NCBI GenBank assembly: GCA_965243205.1
Contig: CBDEUK010000002.1
Coordinates: 1,504,001-1,568,000, forward strand
DNA length: 64,000 bases
Direction of reading: 5' to 3'
Source of the DNA: Gammaproteobacteria bacterium
GTDB lineage: Bacteria; Pseudomonadota; Gammaproteobacteria; Eutrophobiales; Eutrophobiaceae
Part shown: piece by piece, positions 1-9,263 of the stretch
How the letters are laid out: every line of letters begins with the position of its first letter
How positions within the stretch are numbered: position 1 is the stretch's first letter
The notes under the pieces: model-generated
What the model was told of the DNA's origin: nothing
What the model saw: the letters and a program-made list of their open reading frames with translations, nothing else
The model's database searches: none
Program-made: the position numbers and the translations under genes

Positions 1-645
1 CCATGTTTTGGATGGTGGATCGACTTTCACTAACATCTCACCTTCTCTTGCCATTTCTACTTCTTTTTCTTTCGGCAAAGGTAAAAGAAAAAAAGCAGGA
101 ATTAAAAATACAGCACCTATAGCTGCTAAAGCCACCCACTGAAGTCGCCAATTTAAATCGATAAACGATTCAATCGATGTTAGATCAACGGTCAATGCAC
201 ACACAATGATACCAAAACCAATGCCCGTAAAATGCAATCCTAACTCACCTTCGATATGGTTATGATGTAACCAATTCATGATTAAACCAGTACCTAACAT
301 AAATATAACCGCTGTACTTACACCCGCAATAAAACGACTGGCATACCAAACTAATCGATGGTCATGTGCTGCCATCATTAAAGTAACTAAGACAGCAACT
401 ACTAATGCATATCGATACATGAAATCTTTGGTTCGCAAATCAGTAATCAACCAAACAATAAATAAGCCTACTAAATAACCCATGTAGTTCCAGCCCGCTA
501 ACCAACCCGCTAAACTTTTATCCATAGATGTTTGTTCTAGCATTTCAGGAATCATTGGAGTAAATGCATAACGCGCAATGCCCATACCTAAAATAAGTGA
601 ACATATTCCTGCAAACAAAACTGAATAATGATTTGCTTTAATCAC
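1..645 (-). CDS. YbfB/YjiJ-family MFS transporter (5' part; runs off the window edge)
   Basis: Not in the ORF track. Manual translation from GTG at 645 (GGAG RBS upstream) gives MIKANHYSVLFAGICSLILGMGIARYAFTPMIPEM...GWLAGWNYMGYLVG, which matches the family N-terminus. No stop was seen before base 1. Confidence 0.85.
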   Translation of the reverse strand, partial: MIKANHYSVLFAGICSLILGMGIARYAFTPMIPEMLEQTSMDKSLAGWLAGWNYMGYLVGLFIVWLITDLRTKDFMYRYALVVAVLVTLMMAAHDHRLVWYASRFIAGVSTAVIFMLGTGLIMNWLHHNHIEGELGLHFTGIGFGIIVCALTVDLTSIESFIDLNWRLQWVALAAIGAVFLIPAFFLLPLPKEKEVEMAREGEMLVKVDPPSKTW

Positions 646-705
646 TGAATTCTCCAAAAGCAAAAGCTTTTAATTGACCAATTAATAATTTCATATAAAC
701 ACGCA

Positions 706-1326
706 TTACAATAAAGTCCGAATACGCGCGGCTAATTCATTTGATGTCGTGCTATGTCTCATAGCATCAATCAATTCACCGTTTTTATCGATCACATAAT
801 AACGAGATGTGTGATCAAAAATATATTGAACCTTCGCATCTATTGGTACTTCACTAAAAAAAGCACCATACTGATTTGCGACTGTTCGAATTGACTCTTC
901 AGTACCTGTTAAGCCTATAATGCTTCTATGATAATACTGTCCAAATTCATCTAATGCGTCTGCTGTATCACGTTTGGGATCAATCGTAATCAATAATGGT
1001 TGTACTTGTTTCAGTTCTGTTTCATTTAATGTATTCAAAGTTTGTTGATATATTGCCATTGAAGCAGGGCATACTTCTGGGCAATGTAAAAAACCAAAAT
1101 ACATTAAAACGACTTTACCTTTAAAATCCGATAACGAAACATCACCCGTTTTTCCCTGTAAAGTAAAATCGCCACCCAAAACTTTAGGCGTTGTACTTAA
1201 AACACCACGTTCAGTGGTTGTCACTAAAACAATAATCAAAGTTGTTATACAAGCTAAACCAGTAACAACTATCCAAGGCAAAATTCTTTGCGCCGATATT
1301 TGTTCATTTACTATGGTTTCTTGCAT
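706..1326 (-). CDS. SCO1/SenC-family copper chaperone
   Basis: N-terminal TM helix, YFGFLHCPEVCP (CxxxC), ITIDPKRD, and the conserved His in DHTS. Confidence 0.92.
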   Translation of the reverse strand: MQETIVNEQISAQRILPWIVVTGLACITTLIIVLVTTTERGVLSTTPKVLGGDFTLQGKTGDVSLSDFKGKVVLMYFGFLHCPEVCPASMAIYQQTLNTLNETELKQVQPLLITIDPKRDTADALDEFGQYYHRSIIGLTGTEESIRTVANQYGAFFSEVPIDAKVQYIFDHTSRYYVIDKNGELIDAMRHSTTSNELAARIRTLL

Positions 1327-1350
1327 AAATAAAATCTAACTAATTAAAAT

Positions 1351-1680
1351 TTAGTGTCCCATTAACATGTTATGATTCAAGTGCGCCATAATCCAAATTG
1401 ATCCAACAATTAAAATCGCTACTAACACGACTACGAATACAGCTGAAACGACATTCCACATTTGTTCAGAAGAAGTATTCATATGTAAAAAGAAAACGAG
1501 CTGAACAAATACTTGGGCTACAGCACATAATAAAATAATGCCTATGGCGACTGGGCCAGTTAACACACCTGTCATTACTATTCCAAATGGAACAGCTGTT
1601 AAAATGATCGATAAGATCAATCCATTAACATATTCTTTTACGCTGCCATGTGCAGCACCACCTGCTGAATGACTACCCAT
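1351..1680 (-). CDS. cyoD: Cytochrome bo3 ubiquinol oxidase subunit IV
   Basis: [26 protein letters not shown] and GSIWIM motifs. Start reassigned to the ATG at 1680, overlapping the cyoC stop. Confidence 0.93.
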   Translation of the reverse strand: MGSHSAGGAAHGSVKEYVNGLILSIILTAVPFGIVMTGVLTGPVAIGIILLCAVAQVFVQLVFFLHMNTSSEQMWNVVSAVFVVVLVAILIVGSIWIMAHLNHNMLMGH

Positions 1681-2303
1681 TACATGACTCCCATTAAGAA
1701 AACGACACTGAACACACAAATCCAAATAATATCTAAAAAGTGCCAGAACAAGCTTAAACACATTAAACGCGTTTTATTATGTAAAGTTAATCCATCTCGC
1801 ATTATGTGAAGCACTAAAAATATCATCCATAACATACCAAAAAATACGTGCAGACCATGTGTACCAATCAAACCATAAAACGCAGACCATGCACCACTAC
1901 TCCAAGCAGCCGCTCCTTCATGGGTAAAATGAATAAACTCATTCACTTCCATAAATAAGAAACCTAAACCTAATAGGAAGGTTGCACCTAGCCATTGGTA
2001 TAAGCCACGAAAGTTTTTTACATTAGCTGCCAACATTGCCATACCAAAGGTAAAACTACTTAATAGAAGTAATGCCGTTTCACCTAACACATATGTTAAA
2101 TCAAATAATTCATGTGCATCTGGTGTACCGTAATAATTTCCACCAATCACAGCATATACTGCGAATAAACACGCAAACAAAATACAATCGCTTAAAATAT
2201 AAACCCAAAAACCAAATACGGTATCACCTGCATAATCATGATGATGCTCTTCTTCGATATAACCCGTATAGCCTTCAGGTATTGGTTGTGGTTTAAAGTC
2301 CAT
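1680..2303 (-). CDS. cyoC: Cytochrome bo3 ubiquinol oxidase subunit III
   Basis: [18 protein letters not shown] and [15 protein letters not shown] motifs. Confidence 0.95.
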   Translation of the reverse strand: MDFKPQPIPEGYTGYIEEEHHHDYAGDTVFGFWVYILSDCILFACLFAVYAVIGGNYYGTPDAHELFDLTYVLGETALLLLSSFTFGMAMLAANVKNFRGLYQWLGATFLLGLGFLFMEVNEFIHFTHEGAAAWSSGAWSAFYGLIGTHGLHVFFGMLWMIFLVLHIMRDGLTLHNKTRLMCLSLFWHFLDIIWICVFSVVFLMGVM

Positions 2304-2348
2304 AAATCAATTTACCATTACATTCATTAATAATTTAATTGAAGATTC

Positions 2349-4427
2349 CTACAAACTGATAGCTAAACCTTCTTCATCAATCTCATCTTCATCGGCACGT
2401 GGTTTTTGTTTTGCACGTTCTAAATCACGATAACGTTCAGCTTCGATCGCTTCTATAGTTGAAACATCAACATAATAACCATCACCTTTAGTAAAGTTAT
2501 AAACGATAAAAGAACCAACCATAGCAATAGAACTTAGAATCGCTGCCCACCAAATATGCCAAACCATTGCTAGCCCCATACCCATGCAAAACATAGAAAT
2601 AACAACACCTGCCCAGGTATTACTTGGCATGTGAATTTTGTTGTATGAATCAGGTTTATTATGAGCTAAACCTTGTTCTTTCATATCCCACCAATGATCG
2701 CGGTCACGAACCTGTGGGACTTTTGCAAAGTTATAAAAAGGAGGTGGAGAAGAAGTAGACCACTCTAAAGTACGACCACCCCATGGATCACCCGTTAGAT
2801 CTTTATTCTTATTTTGATCACGAATACTTGCAAACATTTGATAGAACTGAATGAGTATTGCACACAGAACGATGCCTGCACCTAATGCAGCAACCAATAA
2901 CCACGAATTCCATACTGGATTATCGTAGTAATTTAAGCGTCTAGTCATACCCATGAAGCCAAGTACATATAACGGCATGAAAGCTAAGAAGAAACCAATC
3001 GTCCATAATGCACAAGCCCATTTGCCTAAGGTTTCATCTAAGGTAAAGCCAGTAGCCTTTGGCCACCAATAAGCAATACCTGCAAAGTAACCAAACAATG
3101 AACCACCAATGATCACATTATGAAAATGCGCAATTAAGAACAAACTATTATGGAAAACATAATTAGCTGCTGGGATCGCTAACATCACACCTGTCATGCC
3201 ACCAATCGTAAAGGTAATAAAGAAAGCAACAGTCCACCACATTGGCGAATCGTATTGGACTTTACCTTTGTACATGGTGAATAACCAATTAAACAATTTC
3301 ACACCCGTTGGTATTGAAATAACCATGGTGGCAATGCCAAAGAACGTATTTACATTAGCACCTGCGCCCATAGTAAAAAAGTGATGTAACCAAACAACAA
3401 AAGACAAGAGCATGATGCATGCAGTCGCCCAAACTAATGAGGTGTAACCAAATAATCGTTTACGTGAAAAAGTTGCTGTAACTTCTGAGAAAATACCGAA
3501 CGCAGGTAAGATCAAGATATAGACTTCAGGATGTCCCCAAGCCCATATCAGATTCACATACATCATTTGATTACCGCCCATATCGCCAGTAAAAAAATGT
3601 GTACCGATATATCGATCTAACGTTAATAAAGTAATACAAACCGTCAATATAGGGAATGCAACTACAATTAACACATTGGCGCATAATGAAGTCCAAGTGA
3701 ATACAGGCATCTTCATTAAGGTCACACCTGGAGCTCGCATACGTAATATCGTTACTACAAAGTTAACACCTGTTAGCAGCGTTCCGATCCCAGATATCTG
3801 TAAACTCCATAACCAATAATCCACTCCTACCCATGGACTGTATTCCAATGTTGATAATGGTGGATACGCTAACCATCCTGTAGCAGCAAATTCGCCTAGG
3901 AATAGCGAGATGTTCATCATTAACGCACCAGCAACAAACAACCAAAAACTTAATGAGTTTAGAAACGGAAATGCAACATCACGTGCACCGATCTGTAACG
4001 GCACAACTATATTCATCAAGCCTACGATGATCGGCATCGCCACGAAGAAGATCATGATCACACCATGCGCAGTAAAGATCTGATCATAATGTTCAGGCGG
4101 CAAATAACCGGCGCCACTTTCACTGGCAACAGCAATCGCTTGATGTGATCGCATTAACAAGGCATCTGAAAAACCTCGTAACAACATAATGATGGCCGTA
4201 AAGATATACATGATGCCGATCTTTTTATGATCAACAGATGTAAACCATTCATCCCATAAATACTTCCACTTTCCGTAATAAGTTAATGCGCCTAAAAGAC
4301 CAAGCGAACCAATCATTACGACTGAAAATGTAGTGACTAAAATAGGATCATGATAAGGAACAGAATCAAATGTTAATTTACCGTACAACCAATGCGGATC
4401 GGTAACAACTGTGTGATTACTCGCCAT
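2349..4427 (-). CDS. cyoB: Cytochrome bo3 ubiquinol oxidase subunit I
   Basis: TSVDHKKIG, quinol-site LRGFSD and [23 protein letters not shown] and AHFH. Start taken at ATG 4427 (GGAGG upstream). Confidence 0.96.
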   Translation of the reverse strand: MASNHTVVTDPHWLYGKLTFDSVPYHDPILVTTFSVVMIGSLGLLGALTYYGKWKYLWDEWFTSVDHKKIGIMYIFTAIIMLLRGFSDALLMRSHQAIAVASESGAGYLPPEHYDQIFTAHGVIMIFFVAMPIIVGLMNIVVPLQIGARDVAFPFLNSLSFWLFVAGALMMNISLFLGEFAATGWLAYPPLSTLEYSPWVGVDYWLWSLQISGIGTLLTGVNFVVTILRMRAPGVTLMKMPVFTWTSLCANVLIVVAFPILTVCITLLTLDRYIGTHFFTGDMGGNQMMYVNLIWAWGHPEVYILILPAFGIFSEVTATFSRKRLFGYTSLVWATACIMLLSFVVWLHHFFTMGAGANVNTFFGIATMVISIPTGVKLFNWLFTMYKGKVQYDSPMWWTVAFFITFTIGGMTGVMLAIPAANYVFHNSLFLIAHFHNVIIGGSLFGYFAGIAYWWPKATGFTLDETLGKWACALWTIGFFLAFMPLYVLGFMGMTRRLNYYDNPVWNSWLLVAALGAGIVLCAILIQFYQMFASIRDQNKNKDLTGDPWGGRTLEWSTSSPPPFYNFAKVPQVRDRDHWWDMKEQGLAHNKPDSYNKIHMPSNTWAGVVISMFCMGMGLAMVWHIWWAAILSSIAMVGSFIVYNFTKGDGYYVDVSTIEAIEAERYRDLERAKQKPRADEDEIDEEGLAISL

Positions 4428-5271
4428 TAAAACCTCCAGTAAACGACTCAATGATGTCACTAAATAACAATGGATTTACCGAAGCAAAATACATTGGTTT
4501 TACATCACGGGATTTTTCTAATAAATATTCGTATTCGGCTTTGTCTAATACCTTCTCAGATGCCTTCACATCATCAATCCATTTTTGGAATCCTGACTCA
4601 TCTGTAGCAATCGCATTAAATTTCATACCTGAAAAACCGAAGCCACTATAGTTTGCAGAAAATCCTGGATACTCACCTTGTTCAGATGCCATTAAGTGCA
4701 CACGATTTTCCATACCAGACATTGCATAAATTTGTGTTCCAAGATGCGGGATAAAAAATGAATTCATTACTGTTGCAGAGGTGACTAAAAATTCAACTGG
4801 CGTGTCTACAGGCATCGCCATTTCATTTATAGTCGCAATTTCATGTTCTGGATAAATAAATAACCACTTCCAATCCAATGCAACAACCTGAACAACCATA
4901 GTTGCTTTATCGGATTCAATGGGTTGGCGTGGATCTAAAGAGTGAGATGAAACATAGGTTATCCAACCTAGTGCAACAATGATTGCTATTGGAATGGACC
5001 AAACAACAAACTCAATTAAGTTTGAATGCTCCCAATAAGGTTTGTATTCAGATTTTTCATTACTTGATCGATACTGAATCGGAAACCAAATACTCATAAT
5101 GATGACCGGTATTACAACAATTAACATTACCCATATTGAGGTAATGATAATGTCCATCTCTTGTTCTGCAATCGGTCCTTTGGGATCAAACAAAATATAA
5201 TTACAAGCTGATAACATTGATAACAACGCTATCAAGCCTAAAACTTTTATAACACGAAGGATCATCTTCAC
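4417..5271 (-). CDS. cyoA: Cytochrome bo3 ubiquinol oxidase subunit II
   Basis: Lipobox [20 protein letters not shown] and [12 protein letters not shown] (no CuA cysteines, so quinol type). Confidence 0.95.
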   Translation of the reverse strand: MKMILRVIKVLGLIALLSMLSACNYILFDPKGPIAEQEMDIIITSIWVMLIVVIPVIIMSIWFPIQYRSSNEKSEYKPYWEHSNLIEFVVWSIPIAIIVALGWITYVSSHSLDPRQPIESDKATMVVQVVALDWKWLFIYPEHEIATINEMAMPVDTPVEFLVTSATVMNSFFIPHLGTQIYAMSGMENRVHLMASEQGEYPGFSANYSGFGFSGMKFNAIATDESGFQKWIDDVKASEKVLDKAEYEYLLEKSRDVKPMYFASVNPLLFSDIIESFTGGFNGE

Positions 5272-5293
5272 TCTCTAATTAATAACTATTTAC

Positions 5294-5857
5294 TTAACTC
5301 TTGTTTACAGGTTTTAACTTACCAGCCAATTTATCTGTAGCGTCCAAAACTTTATTTACTCCAGACCCAAGCAGTAATAATTTCTCCAATCGATTTGATT
5401 TGAGGGTTTGCATATCTTTTGCCCAAGACACCAAAAGCTCTAAAATGTCATGCATTTCCGTTATCCGTTTAACTGCATACTCATCTGGCTCGTTATCCGA
5501 CTCTTTCAACAGCATATTTCTAAGTTTTGATAGCGTTGGGTCGATTTCTCGTTTACGTCTTTCTTCAATTAACGTGCCAGCTATTTCCCATAAATCGTCA
5601 GGAACACTGAAATAATCCTTTCGATCGCCACTAATTTGAACTGGAATCAACAAATTCCATGCATGCAGCTCTTTCAAACTGATGCTCACATTAGAACGAG
5701 ACAAATCCAGAATTTCTCCGATTTGCTCTGCGTTTAGAGGTTCTTCATGAATTAGTAATAATCCACAAATTTGACCAACCGTTTTATTGACCCCCCAACG
5801 GCTTCCCATTTCTCCAAAATGTTGGATAAACGACTTTGCTAACGGACTTACACTCAT
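5294..5857 (-). CDS. GbsR/MarR-family transcriptional regulator
   Basis: FIQHFGEMGSRWGVN, SRSNVSISLKEL, GDRKDYF and ERRKREIDPTL are typical of GbsR regulators heading respiratory oxidase operons. Confidence 0.9.
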   Translation of the reverse strand: MSVSPLAKSFIQHFGEMGSRWGVNKTVGQICGLLLIHEEPLNAEQIGEILDLSRSNVSISLKELHAWNLLIPVQISGDRKDYFSVPDDLWEIAGTLIEERRKREIDPTLSKLRNMLLKESDNEPDEYAVKRITEMHDILELLVSWAKDMQTLKSNRLEKLLLLGSGVNKVLDATDKLAGKLKPVNKS

Positions 5858-5905
5858 CTGTGCCTCCAGTCTTTGCTAAAGTTTAAAATTCTTATATTTT
5901 TTAAT

Positions 5906-5951
5906 TTTCAGAAATTATTGAAATTATAGATTACAAAGAAAGGTTGCGCAA
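5906..5951 (-). promoter_or_regulatory. Sigma70 promoter of the gbsR-cyo operon with an overlapping palindromic operator
   Basis: Minus strand TTGCGC-17 nt-TATAAT (5951-5946 / 5928-5923). The inverted repeat TTTCA-N8-TGAAA (5906-5923) covers the predicted +1. Confidence 0.7.
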
Positions 5952-6202
5952 ACCGCAAACATAGATAATCACGAGCTTCTACTAAGACAAAATCCGGAAA
6001 AACTAAAAGATTAAATTTTTCTAAACTGGAATAGAATCAAGCCTATATATGAATAAGCGAGTAACAGAACAGTATTTGCTTTCATACACTAACCTCTGCA
6101 TTATTGCGGTGATAAAAATAACTTGCCATCTTATCCCGGTCATCCTTCTTATACCGTTTTCCGGTTTATTCTGGCATCGAATAACAAATACAGGAGCCTG
6201 AG

Positions 6203-6688
6203 ATGCAACTTGGTAAAAATAAAGTTGGAATTATTCAATACACCTTGAAAGATGATAATGATGAAATCCTTGATCAATCCGATGAAAATGGATTTACATA
6301 TCTACACGATGCACAAAACCTAATTCCTGGTTTAGAAAGAGAACTAGATGGTAAACAAAAAGGCGATACCTTATCAGTCACTGTAAAACCAGAAGATGCT
6401 TATGGTGAACGTCAGTTAGAGGCGATTCAAACTGTTCCTCGTGAATTATTCCCCTCCGATCAAGAACTCGAAGTCGGCATGTCATTCCATGGAGAAGCTG
6501 AAGACGGCCACCCTATGATAGTAACAGTAACTGCTGTCGAAGCTGATAAAGTCACTATCGATGGTAATCATCCCCTTGCCGGCCAAACCTTACATTTTGA
6601 TGTGGCAATACTAGACGTACGAGATGCAACAGAAGAAGAACTAACGCATGGTCATGTTCACGGACATGATGGAAATGAAGAACACTAA
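6203..6688 (+). CDS. slyD: FKBP-type peptidyl-prolyl isomerase SlyD
   Basis: NLIPGLE, PEDAYGE, DGNHPLAGQTLHF and a short His-rich tail. Confidence 0.93.
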   Translation: MQLGKNKVGIIQYTLKDDNDEILDQSDENGFTYLHDAQNLIPGLERELDGKQKGDTLSVTVKPEDAYGERQLEAIQTVPRELFPSDQELEVGMSFHGEAEDGHPMIVTVTAVEADKVTIDGNHPLAGQTLHFDVAILDVRDATEEELTHGHVHGHDGNEEH

Positions 6689-7377
6689 AACCTGTTAATT
6701 GAAATAGATCTAAACAGAATTACAAGAAAGCATAAGATTAAGAATATAAATGGAATTGGTACTTGTTTTGGAGAGGAAAATTCGACTACTACCTTTGGCC
6801 CAAGAAAAACTTGGCTAGTGCTTTGGAAACCATTCGCACGTATTTCATCATCAAAAGTATTCGATTGATTACCTTCTGAAGCAACTCTTAGATTTAATCC
6901 GAGTATTGATTCGTTTGAATCTAATAGACTTTGCATATAGCTAGTTATATCAACTATTAACGGTTCACTAAGGCTGTTCACATGAAATGATACTAATAAT
7001 ATATCACCAGCATCTGCATCAGTTAAATTCATCATGCCATCTCCAATGTAACCACGAAACTCTAGAGTTGGAGAATCACCTTTTTTAGTAGGGAAAAGCT
7101 GTATATTTGCTTGGTCAATTATTGCTCCTTCAGGAATGTTACTCAAATCGATTTCCAAAGCAGAACGGTAGGCATGCCGTTGACTCAAAAAATTAATATT
7201 ACGCCACCAGACTATAATAGAGGATAATGAAGCAACACTGGTAAATACTCCATCTCCATCAGAGTCATAAAAACTTGCATTAGCTATAACAGGTACTTCA
7301 AGTGTTTCTGCTGTAACGGTATTTGAGATCGCGCTACTTAATAGAGCTACTATTAAAAAGAATTTTAAAAACGTCAT
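6685..7377 (-). CDS. Secreted protein, DNRLRE-like beta-sandwich domain with a PEP-CTERM-like C-terminal anchor
   Basis: Signal peptide, RSALEIDLSNIPEGAIIDQANIQL ... GPKVVV, and a tail QVPIP + hydrophobic helix + Arg residues. Confidence 0.55.
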   Translation of the reverse strand: MTFLKFFLIVALLSSAISNTVTAETLEVPVIANASFYDSDGDGVFTSVASLSSIIVWWRNINFLSQRHAYRSALEIDLSNIPEGAIIDQANIQLFPTKKGDSPTLEFRGYIGDGMMNLTDADAGDILLVSFHVNSLSEPLIVDITSYMQSLLDSNESILGLNLRVASEGNQSNTFDDEIRANGFQSTSQVFLGPKVVVEFSSPKQVPIPFIFLILCFLVILFRSISINRF

Positions 7378-7429
7378 TGCATATCCTTATCAGTAAACAA
7401 ATTTTACTATCTCACGTTATTCTATAGAA

Positions 7430-9220
7430 TTAATAAACATCTCTTACATATCGTTTAAGCTTTTTAAGCTCTGAAATATAAGCCTCAGCTTGAGTATCAT
7501 TCATATTGCCATGTTCTTTGACGATATTAAACAAAGCTTTATCAACATCTTTCGCCATATATAAAGCATCACCACAAACATAAAAGTATCCGCCACGTTG
7601 TAACCAGTTAAATAGCTCTGCACCGTTTTCCATCATGCGATCTTGTACATAGATTTTTTGTTCTTGATCACGAGAAAAGGCTAAGTCTAAACGCGTTAAA
7701 ACACCATCGGCTTGCATAGCTTCGATTTCATCTTGATACAGGTAATCAGTTTTACTATTACGATCACCAAAGAATAACCAATTATCACCTTTAGCATCAC
7801 GAGCTTGACGTTCTTCTAAGAATGCTCTGAAAGGAGCGATACCTGTACCTGGACCAACCATAATCATAGGCAGTTCATCATCGCTTGGTACTGCAAAATT
7901 TTTATTGGGTGAAAAATAACATTTTACCTTACTATTAAGGTCGGCAACGTCGGCTAGATATGTTGATGCAACACCATTATGTTCTCGATCATTTGAATTA
8001 TAACGAACACTACTCACAGTTAAATGCACTTCTTCTGGATGAGCATTGATACTTGATGAAATAGAGTACGCTCTTGGCGCTAAGCTTTTACAAAGATTAC
8101 AAAACTCTTCCGCATTTAAGTTCGCTGGGTATGTTTTTAATAAATCCACACAATCTTTGCCCCAAAGAAAATCATTTAAGGCTTCAGCATCATCATTTTC
8201 TAATAAACGATTAAGTTCTGCATCGCCATTACGCTTTGCTAATTCGTTTAGTAGTTCTTTAGAAGGTGTTCGAATTTCTAATTGCTCAGTCAGTAGCTCA
8301 CCTAATTTATAATTATCGCCTTTCCAATTAACACTATCATCGGCTTTTGCATTAATAAGTTCTAAAATTTCTTCTACCAAATCAGGACGATTAGTACTGA
8401 TGATGTTTAACGCATCACCTGCTTCATAACTTTCACCACTACCCGCCAAAGAAAATTCATAATGTAAAACTTCTTTGCTTGAACCCTCTTGGTTTAATAA
8501 TCGTTTTGTAATGAGTTCCGCTTCTAATGGATTCTTACGATTGTATTTAGATTTGGCTTTTTTCGGAGCAGAACTTGTCGTTGTTACTGGTGCGGTTACT
8601 TCTGAACCTTTTTCAGCAATGGTAGGAACCGCTTGATTAATCCATTCCTCTGCAGGAGTATCATAATCGATGTCGCAATCAATACGATCCGCTATACGAG
8701 TTGCTCCAAGTTTTTCTAAACGCTGATCCCATTCTTTACCCGCTAAACAAAAATCATCATAGTTAGTATCACCTAAGGCCAACACTGAAAAGAAAGTGTT
8801 TTCTAAACGTGGTGCACCATCTTCACTAATTGCATCCCATAAAGCTTGCGCGTTATCTGGCATTTCGCCTTCACCATAAGTACTGGTTACAACAAGCAAG
8901 CGTTCTATATTCGGTAAATCAGCGATATCAACATCATCCATATCGATAACATTTGGCGATAAGCCATTTTCTCTCGCGACTTCAGCGGCATCTTCTGCGA
9001 CACCTTCGGCATTACCAGTTTGTGTACCGTATAAAATAGTAATTGGTTTTTGCGCTTGTACTTCACCCGCTGATTGTGGTGATGCTAATAAACGTGTTTG
9101 AAGACCTGCAAGAAAACCACTTAGCCATTGTTTTTGATCATCATTAAACGGTAAGTCTGCAGGTAAATAGGAAACGGGGTTCGAATCGCCGTTAATATTA
9201 TTGTTTATATTTTTACTCAT
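7430..9220 (-). CDS. CysJ-like diflavin (FMN/FAD) NADPH reductase
   Basis: Flavodoxin motifs GTQTGNAE, TSTYGEGE and LGDTNYDDFC; FAD motif RAYSISSS; NADPH motif GPGTGIAPFR; C-terminus RYVRDVY. No cysI or cysH nearby. Confidence 0.92.
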   Translation of the reverse strand: MSKNINNNINGDSNPVSYLPADLPFNDDQKQWLSGFLAGLQTRLLASPQSAGEVQAQKPITILYGTQTGNAEGVAEDAAEVARENGLSPNVIDMDDVDIADLPNIERLLVVTSTYGEGEMPDNAQALWDAISEDGAPRLENTFFSVLALGDTNYDDFCLAGKEWDQRLEKLGATRIADRIDCDIDYDTPAEEWINQAVPTIAEKGSEVTAPVTTTSSAPKKAKSKYNRKNPLEAELITKRLLNQEGSSKEVLHYEFSLAGSGESYEAGDALNIISTNRPDLVEEILELINAKADDSVNWKGDNYKLGELLTEQLEIRTPSKELLNELAKRNGDAELNRLLENDDAEALNDFLWGKDCVDLLKTYPANLNAEEFCNLCKSLAPRAYSISSSINAHPEEVHLTVSSVRYNSNDREHNGVASTYLADVADLNSKVKCYFSPNKNFAVPSDDELPMIMVGPGTGIAPFRAFLEERQARDAKGDNWLFFGDRNSKTDYLYQDEIEAMQADGVLTRLDLAFSRDQEQKIYVQDRMMENGAELFNWLQRGGYFYVCGDALYMAKDVDKALFNIVKEHGNMNDTQAEAYISELKKLKRYVRDVY

Positions 9221-9263
9221 CCACTCTTTCTCAAACGCAACAGGTTATAGCCTGCTTTTATTA

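Noticed and set aside
278-478. 66-aa plus-strand ORF
   Set aside because: Antisense shadow of the MFS gene on the minus strand.
1681-1761. N-terminal extension of cyoD in the ORF track
   Set aside because: Overlaps cyoC; the ATG at 1680 gives a normal-length CyoD.
7430-9220. Calling this gene cysJ of sulfate assimilation
   Set aside because: No cysI or cysH adjacent, and it appears co-transcribed with the gltB-like gene, so the symbol was withheld.
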